A DNA stretch of 64,000 nucleotides from Orbicella franksi (taxonomy: Eukaryota). The translations under genes were made by a program, and so were the position numbers. Within the stretch, counting starts at the first letter, position 1. Each line of letters begins with the position of its first letter. This document shows positions 25,801 through 40,800 of the stretch, piece after piece. The DNA lies in assembly GCA_964199315.1 (NCBI GenBank), contig OZ116709.1, positions 12,834,001-12,898,000 of the forward strand, read 5' to 3'. The notes under the pieces were generated by a model, which was not told where the DNA came from, made no database searches, and saw nothing but the letters and a program-made list of their open reading frames with translations.

Positions 25801-28800
25801 AACACAATGTGGATGTTGGTTCATCCAAAGTAGACCCACTATTCCAACATTGCTTGGCGGGGACGGGGGCTCAGAAAATTGAATAGTGACTTCATACCTT
25901 CAAATAATGCATCACCAGTTGGTATTTTGTCAAATGTGCCAAGGAAATTTGGCCAAGATTGTAGATCTAAGACTAATGACTTGCGTTCCACATTTATTAA
26001 ATAAACCCACTGTACCTTATCAAGGGTTTGCACACTTTGCATTCCATTTGTTATGGTTTCTACAGGTTGTTCACTTAGTGAGACCGTAGCTGCCGTCACT
26101 GGGTCTTGTTCAACTAGTCTTTCTGTGATACCAACTATTTCTTGATCATCAGGCATTTGGATATCTTTCAAAAGCTGGTCAACATCTTTTGAGCCTGCCA
26201 AAAGTGACAGCTTACCCTGAAGAAAAAAATGAAAAGATCAGTTATAACTGGTTTTACATTGCATAAATATTCTCTATGATGTCAATGATACCTTAATTTT
26301 GTTGGCACTGTATGTAAGTCTGTTCCCATCTGGAGGATTGGGGGGGAAATATACCACTATTGTGATTGCTAGATCTTAACTCATGTTTTCCATAGCATGA
26401 ACAGTTTAAGAGCATTGCTATCCCCTGCATAGGATGCTAGTCCAACACAAGTCACCCTCCTTCAGCCTCAAGAATATCAGCCCAAAGAATATCTGAAATC
26501 TGTTTCCCTGAAAATTTGGTCACCAAGTCCACCGAATAAAAAGCATGGCCTGAACCATTTTTCTTTCTGGGAAAAGGTCCCACCCCACCCCTTATTCTTT
26601 ATTCACTCAATCTGACTCTGACAAACATGTGAAAAGTGTTGACATACCTTCTCTGGAGAGGTGGATTTGATCACTTTCACATTTGTAAAGACCTGTTCCT
26701 TGCTGAGAGCTTGCTTCAGGTTCCAGTGTCTTGTTCTCCACAGTGTTAATAAATGTTTATACTGAATTTCCAACCTATTGGACCAAACACAAGGAAAAAT
26801 TACTGGTACAGCATGGTAAACCAAACTTATAACAGACATTCTCTCACTTAGAGCGGTCCACTCCAGTTCTTCTCTGATTTTGAACTAGAAAATAACTAAA
26901 TGATAAATAAGGAGTTGGGAGTGTTAACAAATTGATACCGTATTTTCCCGTGTATAAGTCGACCTTTCAAGACTTAAAAATCAGTCCAAAAATTCGCCCT
27001 CGACTTATACATGAGTCAAAACTTGAGATCCAAGCGCCAGTCAAATAATTAGCATAATAATTGTCTTTCAATGTTAACAAACATGTGATAAGCGGCAGCA
27101 CAGTTTACAACGTACGTTCGCTTAGCGATCTGTCTCTCCATATCAGAGCTTCAAGTTAAAATGCATCAACATTTATTCGTTAAATTTTAACCTGGATCTT
27201 GTAGACACTCACTGGCTCAATTTTGTCATAAAGAACCAATATTTTTCCTTTAAATAAAGCTGTGGTAAAGCCGCTCGGAGAAAATATCTTTCGCGCTTGG
27301 AACTTCTCTGCTTGGTAACCTGGCAGGATACGAGTGCGAGGACTTCTGTACCAGTACTTGACCGATTTCAAGGCTTGACTACCAAGTTCCCAACACACGC
27401 TTTGCACTTTGTTTATGGCATCGTTCTGAAAGTCGTGAGCTTCTTTGGTGTTTTGCCTGTCTTATAAAGCCACTTTTAATCTCTTCGCACTTAAAAAGGC
27501 TTGTTTGAAATCCTTACGTTTGATTTTTGTGAGCATTTTACAAAAATTATCATCGAAAAGTCTGCATGCACATGTGTTGCTAAACTGGGTATAACGCTCG
27601 TATACGTGCCATAATAAGCTTTAAAACTGCGCATTGAAACATGCTGTGATTTGTTTACATATCTGTGGTAGCTGAAAGATAATTTTAAGAAATACAAGAT
27701 AAGTTTTCCAAGAAATCCTTACCTGGAAATTAAGAAAATCTAGTTTTTGACCTCAAAAATTGGGGGTCGACTTATACACGGGATCGACTAATACACGGGT
27801 AAATACGGTAGATGTGTACACATTTTGGGGGTTTTATTTACAAAGTGTTTTCTAATGAGCACTGAAAACCATCATGGCCATTTCACTGCTTAGTGACACT
27901 TGTCTAGTGATTGATAACTCTTCCAAACTGGAGAGAAACAACCTTTGCATCATTTCAACTGCTTTAGTAAGCAAGGATAGATAGTAGTGCTTATGGTAGA
28001 TATATGAAGAAAATCAATTTTGGAGTCAGAGATCGAGTGGACCATTCTTAGTGAGAGCCTCTTAACAATTCATGAATTAGAAAAGAAATACAGGCATTAA
28101 AAAAAAGCACATAACAGATTAGTTAACATTGATTCATCCTAATTTGCAATTAAACTCATCAACAATAGACGAGCTTGGGCAAAGTGCCTGGAAAGATAGT
28201 GGAGCCTCACGCACAAGAGCTGGGCACGTAGGGTAACCATGACAACCCTGTAAAGCAACCACCAGGCACCGTCACACTGCAAAAAAGAGTGGAACCATGA
28301 TACCTACCTCATACTTACCAGAAAGGGAGGAAAGGCAGGGAGCAAAGTCGCCAAGCACAGTCGAAAAGGCAAGAATGCACGTGAGAATGAGCTGACCTCA
28401 AAAGCCGAGCTGTAAAACCACATGACCACCTGCAAACCTCAACTACTGCGCATGTCCACAACAGGGGAAGCCACTGACCAGCATTGTTTCGCGTTTAACT
28501 TAGCTCAAATTGCAGTTAACCGCATTAAAATGTTTCAAGTTTTTCAGCCAAAGTAAGTCATCTCATCAAAATTTCTCTCAACATCTACACATTTGATTTG
28601 TTACTGTCAGTTACAACTAAGTGAACACAAGAAGATCTTACAAAGACCCTGTAGAACCTAATACAGGAAGTTGAATCATTCAGGTCCAACACAGATTTAC
28701 AGTAAGTAACATAAGTTATATCATTTTACCTTGTTGAAAATTCAGTAGCCTCTACGTCAGGAGCAGGAATAACAAAACATACTGACGGCACTTCACACTG

Positions 28801-31800
28801 TCTACCACTGGCATTTGTGATCTGGTAAGAGATTCAGGTTTCAGGGAAACACGGGTTTGATTAGTGATTTCGATCAGGGTTTTTTGGTTTGTTTGTTTGT
28901 TCATTTATTCTGTTTATTTTATTTTCTACTGAGGTCTGTAATAATATACACTTAAGAAAGAAAGAAACGAATCACTTCCTGATTACATGCAAGACATACT
29001 TTCCAAGAGTGATGTTCAGAGTTATCCAGCAGAATACACTCTTCACCTTTGTTGACAATATTCTGAAAAAAAAAATTAATTAAAAACATATTTAACATAA
29101 ACAACCGGAAAAATGAATTTCAATGTGTGTGCAGGTCTTTCACACATAATGCACCAACTGTGCTACAATCAGGCATATACCTTGACCACAAGCAAAGTAT
29201 TTTTCCTAACCTATCTTCCCACCCATGCAAAATTTTGGCCAAGATCTCACTGAGAATCTCGGTGAGTTCTTGGCTTCTGAGATTTTGGTATCTTGGTGAG
29301 ATCTTGACAAGATTGTGCTGAGATTTAGAGAGACTCAAAAATCATAGGAATATCCCAGCCATCTTGGTGATTATATCTTGCCATTCTCGACAAGAAATAG
29401 GAAATCTCGCCAGGATCTTGCCAATATATGAATATACAAACATCATGGCAAGATCTCTGCAAAGTCTCGGCAGTCTTGGCAAGATTTCGCCAATCTCAGC
29501 GAGATAATCGAGATCTCAGCGAGATCTAGGCAAAAATTTTGCACAGACACCGGAACAACGAGTGTATATCAGACTCACCTGCATGTTCTTGTAACTGCAC
29601 ACTGGGTCAACAAGAAGTTTGCTCTTTAGTTTGGATTTCCTCTGCGGCAACGGTACCACCTTTTTACTCAGGAGTTGTAAAGAACTTATGACATCTTTGA
29701 AGTCAACTAGTTCTTGTTTCATTTCCTGGTTAAATAAAATTCATGTCAATGACTTAATTTTCAAGTGTGGCCAACACCTAACTTCTCCTCACACCATCAA
29801 TGCGATGCCAGTCAGGTGACCATCACAGCCATCAATCAGGAATATAGCATCTTGACATATTACTGAATTCTCAGAGAGGAGAATTACTTTTCACAACTTG
29901 GCCAAATTGAAAGGGTTAAAATAAAAGAATCAAATTTAGTCACTTTTAAAAGTGTAGACAAACTGCAGATTGTCAGTAGTCTGTAATTTACAACTTTAGG
30001 GAGAACAAAACCTACAGATTTTGCACAGCATTAAAAAGAGAAAATATCAGGAAGAGGTTTAATGTTCAGCTTCCTTTCTCAAACCAATTAATAATTCATC
30101 ACGTTTAAACAAAGGAAAAATATCAAATACAGTTTAAAGGGAATAAAAGTGCTACTTAGCATTTCAAAAAATAATGTTAATTTTGTGATAAACTCAGAAC
30201 ATATGGCAGTGACCTGAATTATTCATGTAAGCCACACCTATTAACCTTGCCTGACCATTTGTTTACTAAGTATTGAAAATGAATTCTCGCTGAGTTCTGT
30301 GTGACCTAAAATATCCAGTTTAGATAGATACACTGAAACACTAAGCATAAAAGCAAGCCATAGGATAAGAAACACAAAACTGGCAAGAGCAAGGCATAAA
30401 TGAATGCTGCATAAACATAGAGCCTCCACTAGGGAAACCAACTAGAGAGACAATCTCAGATAGTGCAGAGTGCATTGCATAGTTCTGGCACAGTAGTCAC
30501 ACATGTCGTGTTCACTCCCGGTTTGTATTTACTTTGGTACCTAGGGCTTTTTCCCTTGCAGAATATGATCGGACAGAAACCTTGATAAGACATAACCTTG
30601 TCACAATCTTGGCAGTGCGTATGTTTCATGTCTGCACTTTCATTCGATATTTAATAATAGCTTACAGTTACTGTTTGTCAAGACAGTGTGGTGGCCTCAT
30701 GGTTAGTGTGCTTGTCCCTAGATCAAGTGGTCCAGGTTCAAGCCCTGCCGAGGACACTGTGTTGTATTCTTGGGCAAGACACTTAACTCTCACAGTGCCT
30801 CTCTCCACCAAGGAGTGTAAATGGGTACTGGTGAATTGTTGAGGAAACCTAACAAATTGCAAGGGAGTGACTTGCGATGGACTACCATCCCTTCCAGGGG
30901 GAGTAGAAATATTTCTAGCTGCTTCATGCTACAGAAACCGGGATAAGCTCCAGAAGCTACATGTATGAGCCAAGCGGCTCCAAGGCTTCACTTCAAGACA
31001 GCTTCCACATTTTATGCTGGTGTTTTACGCTGATTTTTGTTCATTTCAAAATTCAATAATACGTTGAAGAAGCAAATGTGACAATTTTAATTTTCACACC
31101 AACATTTGTAACTTGATACTTCTGTTTTCCTCGCAAAGGTATGTAACTTAAAATCCTTGTTTTCTCAAAAACTTAAGAGATGAACGGAAGAAAGTAAATA
31201 TCCTATGACAAAATGGAACAAAGTTTAACATCTTATGAAAACTTTTCACCGATAATCAAGAAGTAATTTAATTATCAAATACTCATAGAATACCACATTC
31301 TTATACAGTTGCCACCTCAGTGATATTGATTAATGCAATGGAGAAGCATTCACGAAGAAGTATTGAATGTCTGCACTACTCAGTTGACCGAAATTATATA
31401 TCCTACATCGGGAAACGAGTCCCGCCAAAAACTGAGTAAATTAATTTACGCTTTCATTACATGCCACAGAGTCTGCAGCAATATTTGAACACTTGGTCTC
31501 TTTCATAGGGACAATTGAAAGAAAAATAAATAAGCCACTAGGGAGAAGCAAAACGTTTCCATCCTTAATTTGAACTCTGGCAAAGTTTGATAATAGCAGA
31601 TGATATTTGATGAACCGAACTAGGGGTAATTCTAAAAGATACTCAGTCACAGTAGCGTTTTTTGCGCTAAAACGGGAGAAGTGACATTACACGAAAAATA
31701 ACTGCTGTCCTCGGTCATATCACAATCATAACAAATAAAGAACCACATGACTCTGGGGATGAAAATGGAGTATATCACGCTAACAATGCTAGAATGCATG

Positions 31801-34800
31801 CATCCTACATGTTGGGTTCTACCACAAGGAAAAGCACTCAACATTTTCGCTTCACATGATCTCAAATGAAATGCATCTTTCATCTAATATATAGTCAGCA
31901 CGAATGCTAACTAATCTGTGCATGCGTTTAGGGAAAATTGGTTTTGTTCTGAAGAGAATAGTACCACAAGGAGGACAAGAGGTTTCCTAAACCAAATATA
32001 TAACTTTGTGATATTATGATTACAGTAAGGCAGGTGATACACATTTTTACGTAGTGCACACAGGCACCTACCCTCCCCAACCACTTTCTTGCCTGAAGAC
32101 TAATTAATTAATTGATATTAATTAACCAAACAAACATTAAAGTTTACACCTTATGGCCTTGTTGCCATAGTGGACATCAGCCCCCAAACCATCCCAATAG
32201 TGCAGTCTGCACTAAAAAATTAATGATAAACAAATGAGCTGATTCATGCATATGGACACAAGGAGATTAATGACACCAAAAATATTCGGGCATAACTTTC
32301 TTTCAAGGTCATGCATAAAGGTCACCCCTGGTGAATTGTATTATGCTGCATACAATATGATATTGACGAAAAAGAGGCTATCTTCTGCTTTTATAAAATG
32401 TTAAATTATACATGTTAAGATCACAAAACAATGCCACTTCAGGAAGGTTTAATCTGACGACCCACTGATTAAGGACTTTGTTAATACAGATCAACAAATC
32501 TTTCTCTCTGCTGGACAGTGAGGTGAATGAAAGAAGGGACTTATGCTGCAATGATTATGTAACATTTAAGTACAAAATGTGGCTGGAGTCACAGATAAGT
32601 AACTTTTTTAAATGAGATACAAAGTTTTTAAATTAAGGTGAGCTTAGAATGCAACAAAATGATTTTAACAGCTATTTCCTCGTTTGAGACATATTATCCA
32701 AACTACTTATTAGACCATAGCAAAATAGCATCTTAAAATCACAGTCAAAAGAAGGTAATTCTCATAGAATATAATATAATGTTGGTGCCTAAAACGTTTA
32801 AGTTGAATCCTTTTGTAAATGACAAAACAAAACATTTGCATATTAAATGCAAAACGCTTATGCAGATCGAAACAAGAGCAAGGATTTTCCAAAAATTCTT
32901 CTCAAAGCACATCATCTAGTCAATCAGTGGAATAAACGATAAATAATAGAAAGAAAACTAATTATAAACTGATTTTTTCTTGGACAAACTAACATCGACA
33001 CACAGGCATAACTTTGTTCTAATTAAGACCGAAAGTGGGAAAATTGCACTAGACAATGAAAGCCTCCCCGTAAGTCAGCCTTTCGACAAATATTTACCCA
33101 TACTTGGAAATCTATTAACAAGAAACACTCGCTGTCTTAATTTGAACGAGTAGCGCGCGTGCCTGAAAAGAACTGAAATTAACACCACGGGAAGTTACTC
33201 ACGCGAAACATGTCACTCGCTGTTTACAAATTTCCAAATCGACTATTCGACCCATTAACAACAACCGAGATCTAAGTAAAAACGACACAGCAACTACTGT
33301 TTTGAAATCAAAAGAATTAAACATCGATTTCTCAATTTTTCAAATTTCATTACCGTTTCTATTTAATCTAGGCAAAATGATCAGTAACGAAATACCGCGC
33401 CAAACGTGGAGTATTTACGAAAATGCAAATTCTACAAGGAAAACGGAGTGCACTAATAACAACTTTCGCGACAGACCGCAAAATTTCCACACTTCCCAAC
33501 ACCTCGAGATAGTCAATCAAAAACGTTTCGGAGAGAGACAGAAAGATCAGAGTTACCTGCTTAAACTGGAGCATGTCAGTAACAACATCCTTAAACTTTG
33601 GTTCCAACTCTGTTTCGGTGCCTGTCTTTGGCCCGCGGAGAAGCAAAACATAACGCTCTTTCGGTGTAGTGACACTGCTTTCATCAACTTTTCGAGCGAA
33701 CACATCCCGAATATATTCCAACGAATATGCAATGATCGTTCCCATTTGTGACTGTCTAACGATCGGGAAACTTTCCAGTGGAATTCCTGCATGAACTGCT
33801 TCTTCCGAAGCAGGAAGCACTCTTTCCCTCAAGAACTTTTGCCATCGGCTGTCGTGAATCAATAGGTCGTGATTGAAGATGGAGTGCTGTGTTGTTCGCC
33901 ATCTTACAACAGTAGCTGTACTGTGTAGTGTTCGTCTGATTGCAAAATAAACAAGAGTACAAGGATTTTTGATCATTTGCGAAACCCAACTGACAGGATA
34001 GAGCAGTTTGGAGAAAAATACTCGTGAGGAACTCGCTGTCCTTATGGAAACCGGTCGCGGTCGTCGTCCATGTAATTTGTTTTCGCTCCTTGCTCGGTAA
34101 ATGAAGTATAAAAGTGAAAGTAACGCCGCGACAGCGACAGCAGCCGATGTAAACAAAATGAGCAGTAAAAGTGGCAGCGGATTCCAATGCAACACGACAC
34201 ACATTTTATGACTTTGGCGATGGCGTTCTCGCCAAGATTATTTCGATTGCACGGCAAACCTGGCCAACACCTGCATATGTTTTGTTTCCGCTTATAATCC
34301 CGTCAGACGGCTGTAAAACCAAAGTTCGATGAAGCGGAGTGTTTTTTTGTTGACTGCATGGTCGTCAAACACGTGGATTTGACCTGACTGAATGCAACAT
34401 CCGCAGGTAGTCACGGATTCCCGCTTCCAGGTCAATCATTCACTTCATTTTTCATGGAGAAAGACTTTCTTCGAGTTGGTCTTCAAGTTACTTTCGAGCG
34501 TTAGCAAGCTTCCTGTTTACCTTGTTGAAATTCAGCTCTATAAAATTCCGTGTAAACGTGTAAACAGACAGTGGACACCAAGCGATAGCAAATGGCTTAC
34601 GCGCGCGCCAAGTACAGTTGAAACCGGACACGCAAAGACAAAGATCTTGAATTTTAATCACCGCACTGAAATATTAATAACTATAAAATGCAAAAATACC
34701 AACAAATTTGTTTTTCACATCGCTAATCGGGTATAAAAACCCCAGTTGTTGTAAAGTGGGATCCAAATTACTGCTGGAAATGACCGCGACATACGGTCAA

Positions 34801-37800
34801 TACAAGCAAGAAATTGGTCAAATTTTGCAAGGAATTTATCAGATATTAGTAATATTCTGAGAGTAACACAGTTTTTCGTTTTCACCCGTTAATGTCATTA
34901 TTCCTTAGAAAATGTAGTTAAATTTAGTATCAAGCAAGTCAGGGAAACAGCCGCAGCTCATGAACAGCAAAAGACTTTAATTACATAAAATAAACAGGGG
35001 TAAAAACAGATTTGAACGTTTGTTTATTATGCAAATATAATTCCAAGTGGTAACCAGATGAAGAACAATTCACATTTCACAGTCCATTGAAGCACCAATC
35101 AATCTTGTCGTTTCTAAGAGTTCTTCTGAAACAAATAATTTGTTTGTCTTATATTGTGCTCTCTGCTCCTTGTCGATTGGACAGAAAAGGCGTTCGCTAG
35201 CGTGAAAAGTGAAAATGAACGCGCACTGCAATTTCAATTTCGAAGAAAGAGACTTCGAAACAGTTGTCAGTCTGAAAGGGTCGTAACCTTTTATCTAAAA
35301 TGGCGCATATTTTATTTCAAAGTAGGTTCTAGTCGATTGAGCTTCTTTTGCTTTTTATACGCCTACACACATTGACACAGCATGTCACGCTATTTTGGGA
35401 CAATTTCTACTGGACATTCCCTAAGTTACAAGGCTCCAATTGTACTGTTAAGATGTTTTGATTATATGAAAACTATCCGTTCTCATTTTACTTGAAAACC
35501 ACAACTAATAGACACACTGAAACTTAGCAACGGCTATGAGCGTGCTTTCTAAATGTAAATTAGCGTTTGAATAGTAATGTTAAGACTTATCCAGAGTTTT
35601 CTTTCAATAAGTCGCGACGTCTGACGCGGGTCACGGCAAGAAACATAGTCCGTTGGTCACATCTATTGCTGGCAAAGGGAGACTGTTGTTAATCTAGGAA
35701 AAACGGGAACTAGAACTTTTCTTTCTCTTTTCTGTCGATTTGTTAAACAATATTTTTAACTCGGCATATGCTCTAAGAGCATAAACGCCTCATTGAGATA
35801 CTCCTGTTTTCTTACTTGTCTGGTACCTCAGTACCTCCTTAGTCCACAGATTGTGAATAGTTTGTAGATTCTCATCACCATTAACCTAATTGGTCAGAAC
35901 CAAGTAAACCAATCCAACACAGGACTGTTCGGTTTACATATTTATTGCCCATTTAATGGTATCGCTAAAAATTCACTGTCGTTAGTGAAAAGCTGCAAGT
36001 GGCAACTCCGTCCCCACTCCCCACGCACAAAGAAAGGCGTGCCCGATAGCCTAGGGCTGGTGCATTTTGATTATTTAAAATTTATCACGCAAGTAAAAAA
36101 AAATGATGAGGGGGGGGGGGGGGGTAGAGGCTACTGAGAATGACCTTCGGACTGGTACATCATTGTGACAGCTTGCTTGAAGGGTAAGCTCGAAAACTGG
36201 TTTTCTTTGCACCCTGCTTACCCCATCTCGAAAGTCAACAATCCCCTCAAAAAAAACAGTGATTCCCTATTGAAAATACCACAAGGGATACAAGTAGATG
36301 CCAAATATGTCTTGTTTTGGTAAACCTTATTTCTTTTTCCAAGAAAATACACTGTTGCACAATCGCCGAAAAAGCTAAAAGAGAACCTTTAACAACTCTG
36401 TCCAACAGTTATACCACCATGCAAGAGGAACCGAGAGATTTTACTTTATAGCTCGTAAATAATGTAAGCAAAACTGCAGAGGGTAATGACCGTTCCTTAC
36501 AATCTTTACTCAAAGCTCTGGCAATTTCACATTTGCCACGATTTCGTTGAAAGTTGGGTCGGCCCACGTACGATGTACTTCCTTCAGTTTCCGAACCCAG
36601 CTTCGAAAAGAGTCAGTCAGAAGCCTTGTCTATTGTCTTGATATCTTTTGGTATCAACTGTTAGGGCGTATATATGGCCGGATTTACGGCCGGTAAATAC
36701 CAAACCATATCTTTCCGATACATGTTCCCGCAATATCAGGCTCGTTAGGTCAACCACTGGTAATTTGGTTCGACTACTTCTCGCCAAAACACGAACCATG
36801 GCTTGGACAAACTCGCCTGACATGCCGTCGACGCGTACCAAAAAGGTTCCATTAGGTATAAGAAATACTCGCAAAAAAGTGGAAAACCTTTGAAAGTAGC
36901 GATAGGAAAAGATTACTTTCCAACCTACGTTTTCACCATGGAAATGCGAAAAGAATCGTTTTTCCTACTACATTAACTGAACACGGGGACGTCCAGGTTT
37001 CTTTAAAATATAACTTTAATTTACAAGTAGAGACAGATGGATGTATGGCGGGTAGAGTTGGGTAGTGGCAGATCAAAAGTGCAAAGGAGATGAGTATAAG
37101 AAGTCAGTTGCTAATGTAAAATTTGGTAAAATTTAGGCCTGCAGTAATTACGAGAATTTAACCGGCTGAAGGTTTTGTATTCCAAGCGTCGTTCACTTTT
37201 GACTTTCAAATCGGTTAGAAATTCTTTTTCTTTTTTTGTCCCAAGCACTTACCGTCAGGCTGTTCAAAGCCTGTTCAGCGGCATCACGTGCAGAGATGTT
37301 CTGTACATCATATTCCGTGTTCAGTCTTTCAACTAACTGAATCATCTTCTGCTCGGTTGTATGTGCATCCTGGAAATACTGTATGTGATGAAGATAAAAA
37401 ATGCACTTTACCACTCAAAAGCTGAAATTCAGATTCAGATCACGGAAGCAATAAAAAGAGAAAAGAGCCCCCCCCCCCCCCCACCCCTTGCCAGATAAAT
37501 GCGAAAAGCCCCGCAAACGCGCAATGTTTTCCACCAATGAAGTCGGGGTATGGCGTTAATTTTTTTCATTTATATTGACCAAGATAATATTTATCTACGA
37601 AATTTCAACTGATTGTAGATTAACAAAATTAATATGAACTTTTGGAGTCGCTAGTTTCAGTCTCACTTTTTTGTTGTGTGTTATTGGAATCCGGGGTTTT
37701 TCTCCACACATTACGATACAAAATTAGCTTCAAAAATAAATAAATAAATAAATTGATTAATCAAGAGGACCTATATATATCCAATAAACTGATCACAGCG

Positions 37801-40800
37801 AGTTATTATTTTTCTTTTTTCAACTTTTTAACGATGAAAGGGTCATGAACCGCGCGCGCAATTCATTCGCCCCTCTTACAATGCCGGGGGTACCAACAAA
37901 AGACGATGGATGCTATATAGATCACTGCCAGGTTAGAGAACGTCAACATGTGGAGGCAATAACAAAGTTATCGCACCTGTTGGTACATTTCTGCATTCCT
38001 TACGTGCTGCTGAAAGGCGATAATGAGTTGGTTTAACCACCACCACTGACTTCGCATGGCATTCAGGTACGCCTTCATAGAGAGGTAGAAAAGCAATCAA
38101 AAACACATCAATAAAACCTCTTTTGTAAGAGAGCAAAGAAAAGAACTGAGCGACTGAGGGCTAGCTAAAGTTCAGCGTCCCCTGGCTTTGTTGCAAATAC
38201 TCTTCCTTTTCGACCATGGCTCGATGCTTTTTAGTAACAATTATGACTTCTATTCTAGTCTCACCTCAATTGGACCGGGTGCGGGGTGTCCAGTTTGAAT
38301 CAAATTGTCTCCTTTGGCCAGTAGCATGTTATAATGTGGTTCTCTTTCTCGAATATCAAACTCAAGATTCTGAAATCAAAAGGAAAACAATCCTCAGCGA
38401 CATGTTTACACTCCTTACCCCTCCCTCCTCAGTCATACCTCTCCGTGCGCTTGCAGTTCTTCGATGTCGAGGTCAGTACAAGACCAGTCACGTGACACCT
38501 CTGGCTCCTCTCGTTGGTTCATCCAGATCAACTCTTTAGTGGCTTCACTCATGAAAGCGACCAAACTCTTCAAATGGTTAATACGATCCACAGAACTTTT
38601 CTGCAAGATACAAAAGTTACATCTGATCAATAAACCAAAAGAAAACGCGTTTGAAAATGTTCTGAATTTAAATAGATATCACTGTAGTACTATTTAGCTA
38701 GAGTCAGGCTTCCGCTCGTCACAGACCAAAAGCATTGCGTGACGTCGGAGAAGAACTGAAGTTGGTACGGGACGCTTCGACTTGAGGGCAATGTTTTCTA
38801 TAACAACTTTTTTTGAGGGGCGGGGGGGAAGGGGGTAGCGGCGGCTCCGCTTTGAACTTGAGATTCGCACCTTTGTTCAGGGTCCTTGAGCTAGACAGAA
38901 GTGTAAATATAAGTCACAAAATTTTGGGGGGGGGGGGGGAGGACCTACGATTGACTAGCATCCTATCCCAGGGGAAGCAGTAAAATCGCCGGTAGTGCCA
39001 CTGGACCACTTTGGGCTGTACACAGCTACTGTGTAAGGCCGATAAGAGGCTTGTTGCTCGGAACTGAATAGCCGCCGGCTGGTCGACGAACGTACCAAAA
39101 AATAACAACAAAAGAACGTACCACAAGGGCTGCGTATTCCTCGTGGATCTCTATGATCTTTTCATGAAGACTTCTGTCCTCAGCCTGAAGCGAAAAAAAA
39201 ACAATGAAACAGATTAAGACCTCATACATAAAGATTCCACTGGTCAACTGAAGGCCTCTTAGAGCAAAAAGAGTGTCGTTACCAGGTCGGCTCATTATGT
39301 AAATTCTCCATACAATATCACTGCATTGTCAAGCAGACAAGTGATAAGAATAAAGAAAATCATCAATGACAGGACACTGCTTTGATGCAAAATATTAAAT
39401 TCCCAGGATTGACACCAAAGCAAGTGCAAGATATTCAGTTGGAAGAATTGATACATACAACTCGGCCGTTAATTTTTGCGCAACAGACAGTCTTAGATTT
39501 AAGATTTTTCGTACAATACTTTATCCTGTTAAAATTGCGGGCAAATCTCACCTCCAGCTTCTTTATTTTGTCCAGTTCGTCTTGGAAGGCCAGCACGGCA
39601 TCGTGTTGTACATGGTGGTTTTGTTGGTATTTCTGTGCAGATGGTAAATCCAAACCAAAGTCTTCTTTTTCTATGGCGTCCTGTGCAAAACCGAAATGGT
39701 GACAAAGGTTTATCATTTGTTAACAAAATCCCTGTGGCCAAAGTAGAGCTTGATGTTGAGGAAAGGGTTGACAAGATGTCCAACGATATGTTGGAATAAA
39801 ATCTATTCTACTTCAATGAACCATATAATAAATTTTCACCCAGCCATTTTGCAAAGCACTTTCCCAAGAAGTTAGTGACCCGACATAAATCATTCAAAAA
39901 CAGGACTGCACATCCTTAACATTTCGTTATTTAAATGTTAGCACAACTGCGAAACACTCGTTATTAATTAGACTCGAGTTAATTCCGAGCAGCCTATTTT
40001 GGCAGCATACATGTAAGGGGTTCAATTAAAGTAAAAAAAAAAAACACCTTCAAAATTTTCGCTAAGGAAAAACATTTTGAACATGGAAATATCAAATTAC
40101 CTGTTTCTTGCGACACAGCGTTTTGGAATCCAAGCAGGCCATATTTTCGCAACCAAGCATTATACTACACTTGTCTAAAGGAAGTGAATTCTCTGGAACA
40201 ACAAACGTACGTGCAAGCACAGACATATTGTCGCCAGTTCCGTTGTAAAATTTATATCTGTCACAGTCTTTGCCAAAACGGTGAGTTCGAATAAATAAAT
40301 GAATGCACAACAAAGAAATAATGAGACGTTTGCAGTGAACACCTGCTGCTTATGTATCACCCAGCCAAGATAAACAACTTCACCGAGGAAAACCGCAAAT
40401 AGGTCGAGTAAACAATATTTTGAACATTTTGAAAATGTGCCTAGATCGCATAAAAACAAGAAACCTTGTTTGCTAAGTCTGTGGAAGTATCTTGAAATAC
40501 GTTTTTCTTCCAATAGGAGTTGTTCCACGAGACGAAATCGTTGCATTTGAAGTTTTCAGTTCTATCGTCGTAAATATAATATCTTCCCATAATTTCTACT
40601 GCATTTTTTTCATCTCAAAATCTACGTTTATAAGGAAACTCAAATTCGACTTCCTGTGTTCAAATACCTTCAGTGATTCAAATATATCTGCGTAAACATG
40701 GTATTATGCTTTCTGTTGTCGTGTTATCGACAATACAGGGAATGTTCAGCAAAACATTTGCTTAAACTCATTGTGGATCCTGATTTGACAGCACTGTAGC

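Noticed and set aside
40175-40546. 123-aa minus ORF in an intron
   Set aside because: No recognisable domain or usable splice sites; possibly decayed transposon sequence but unsupported.
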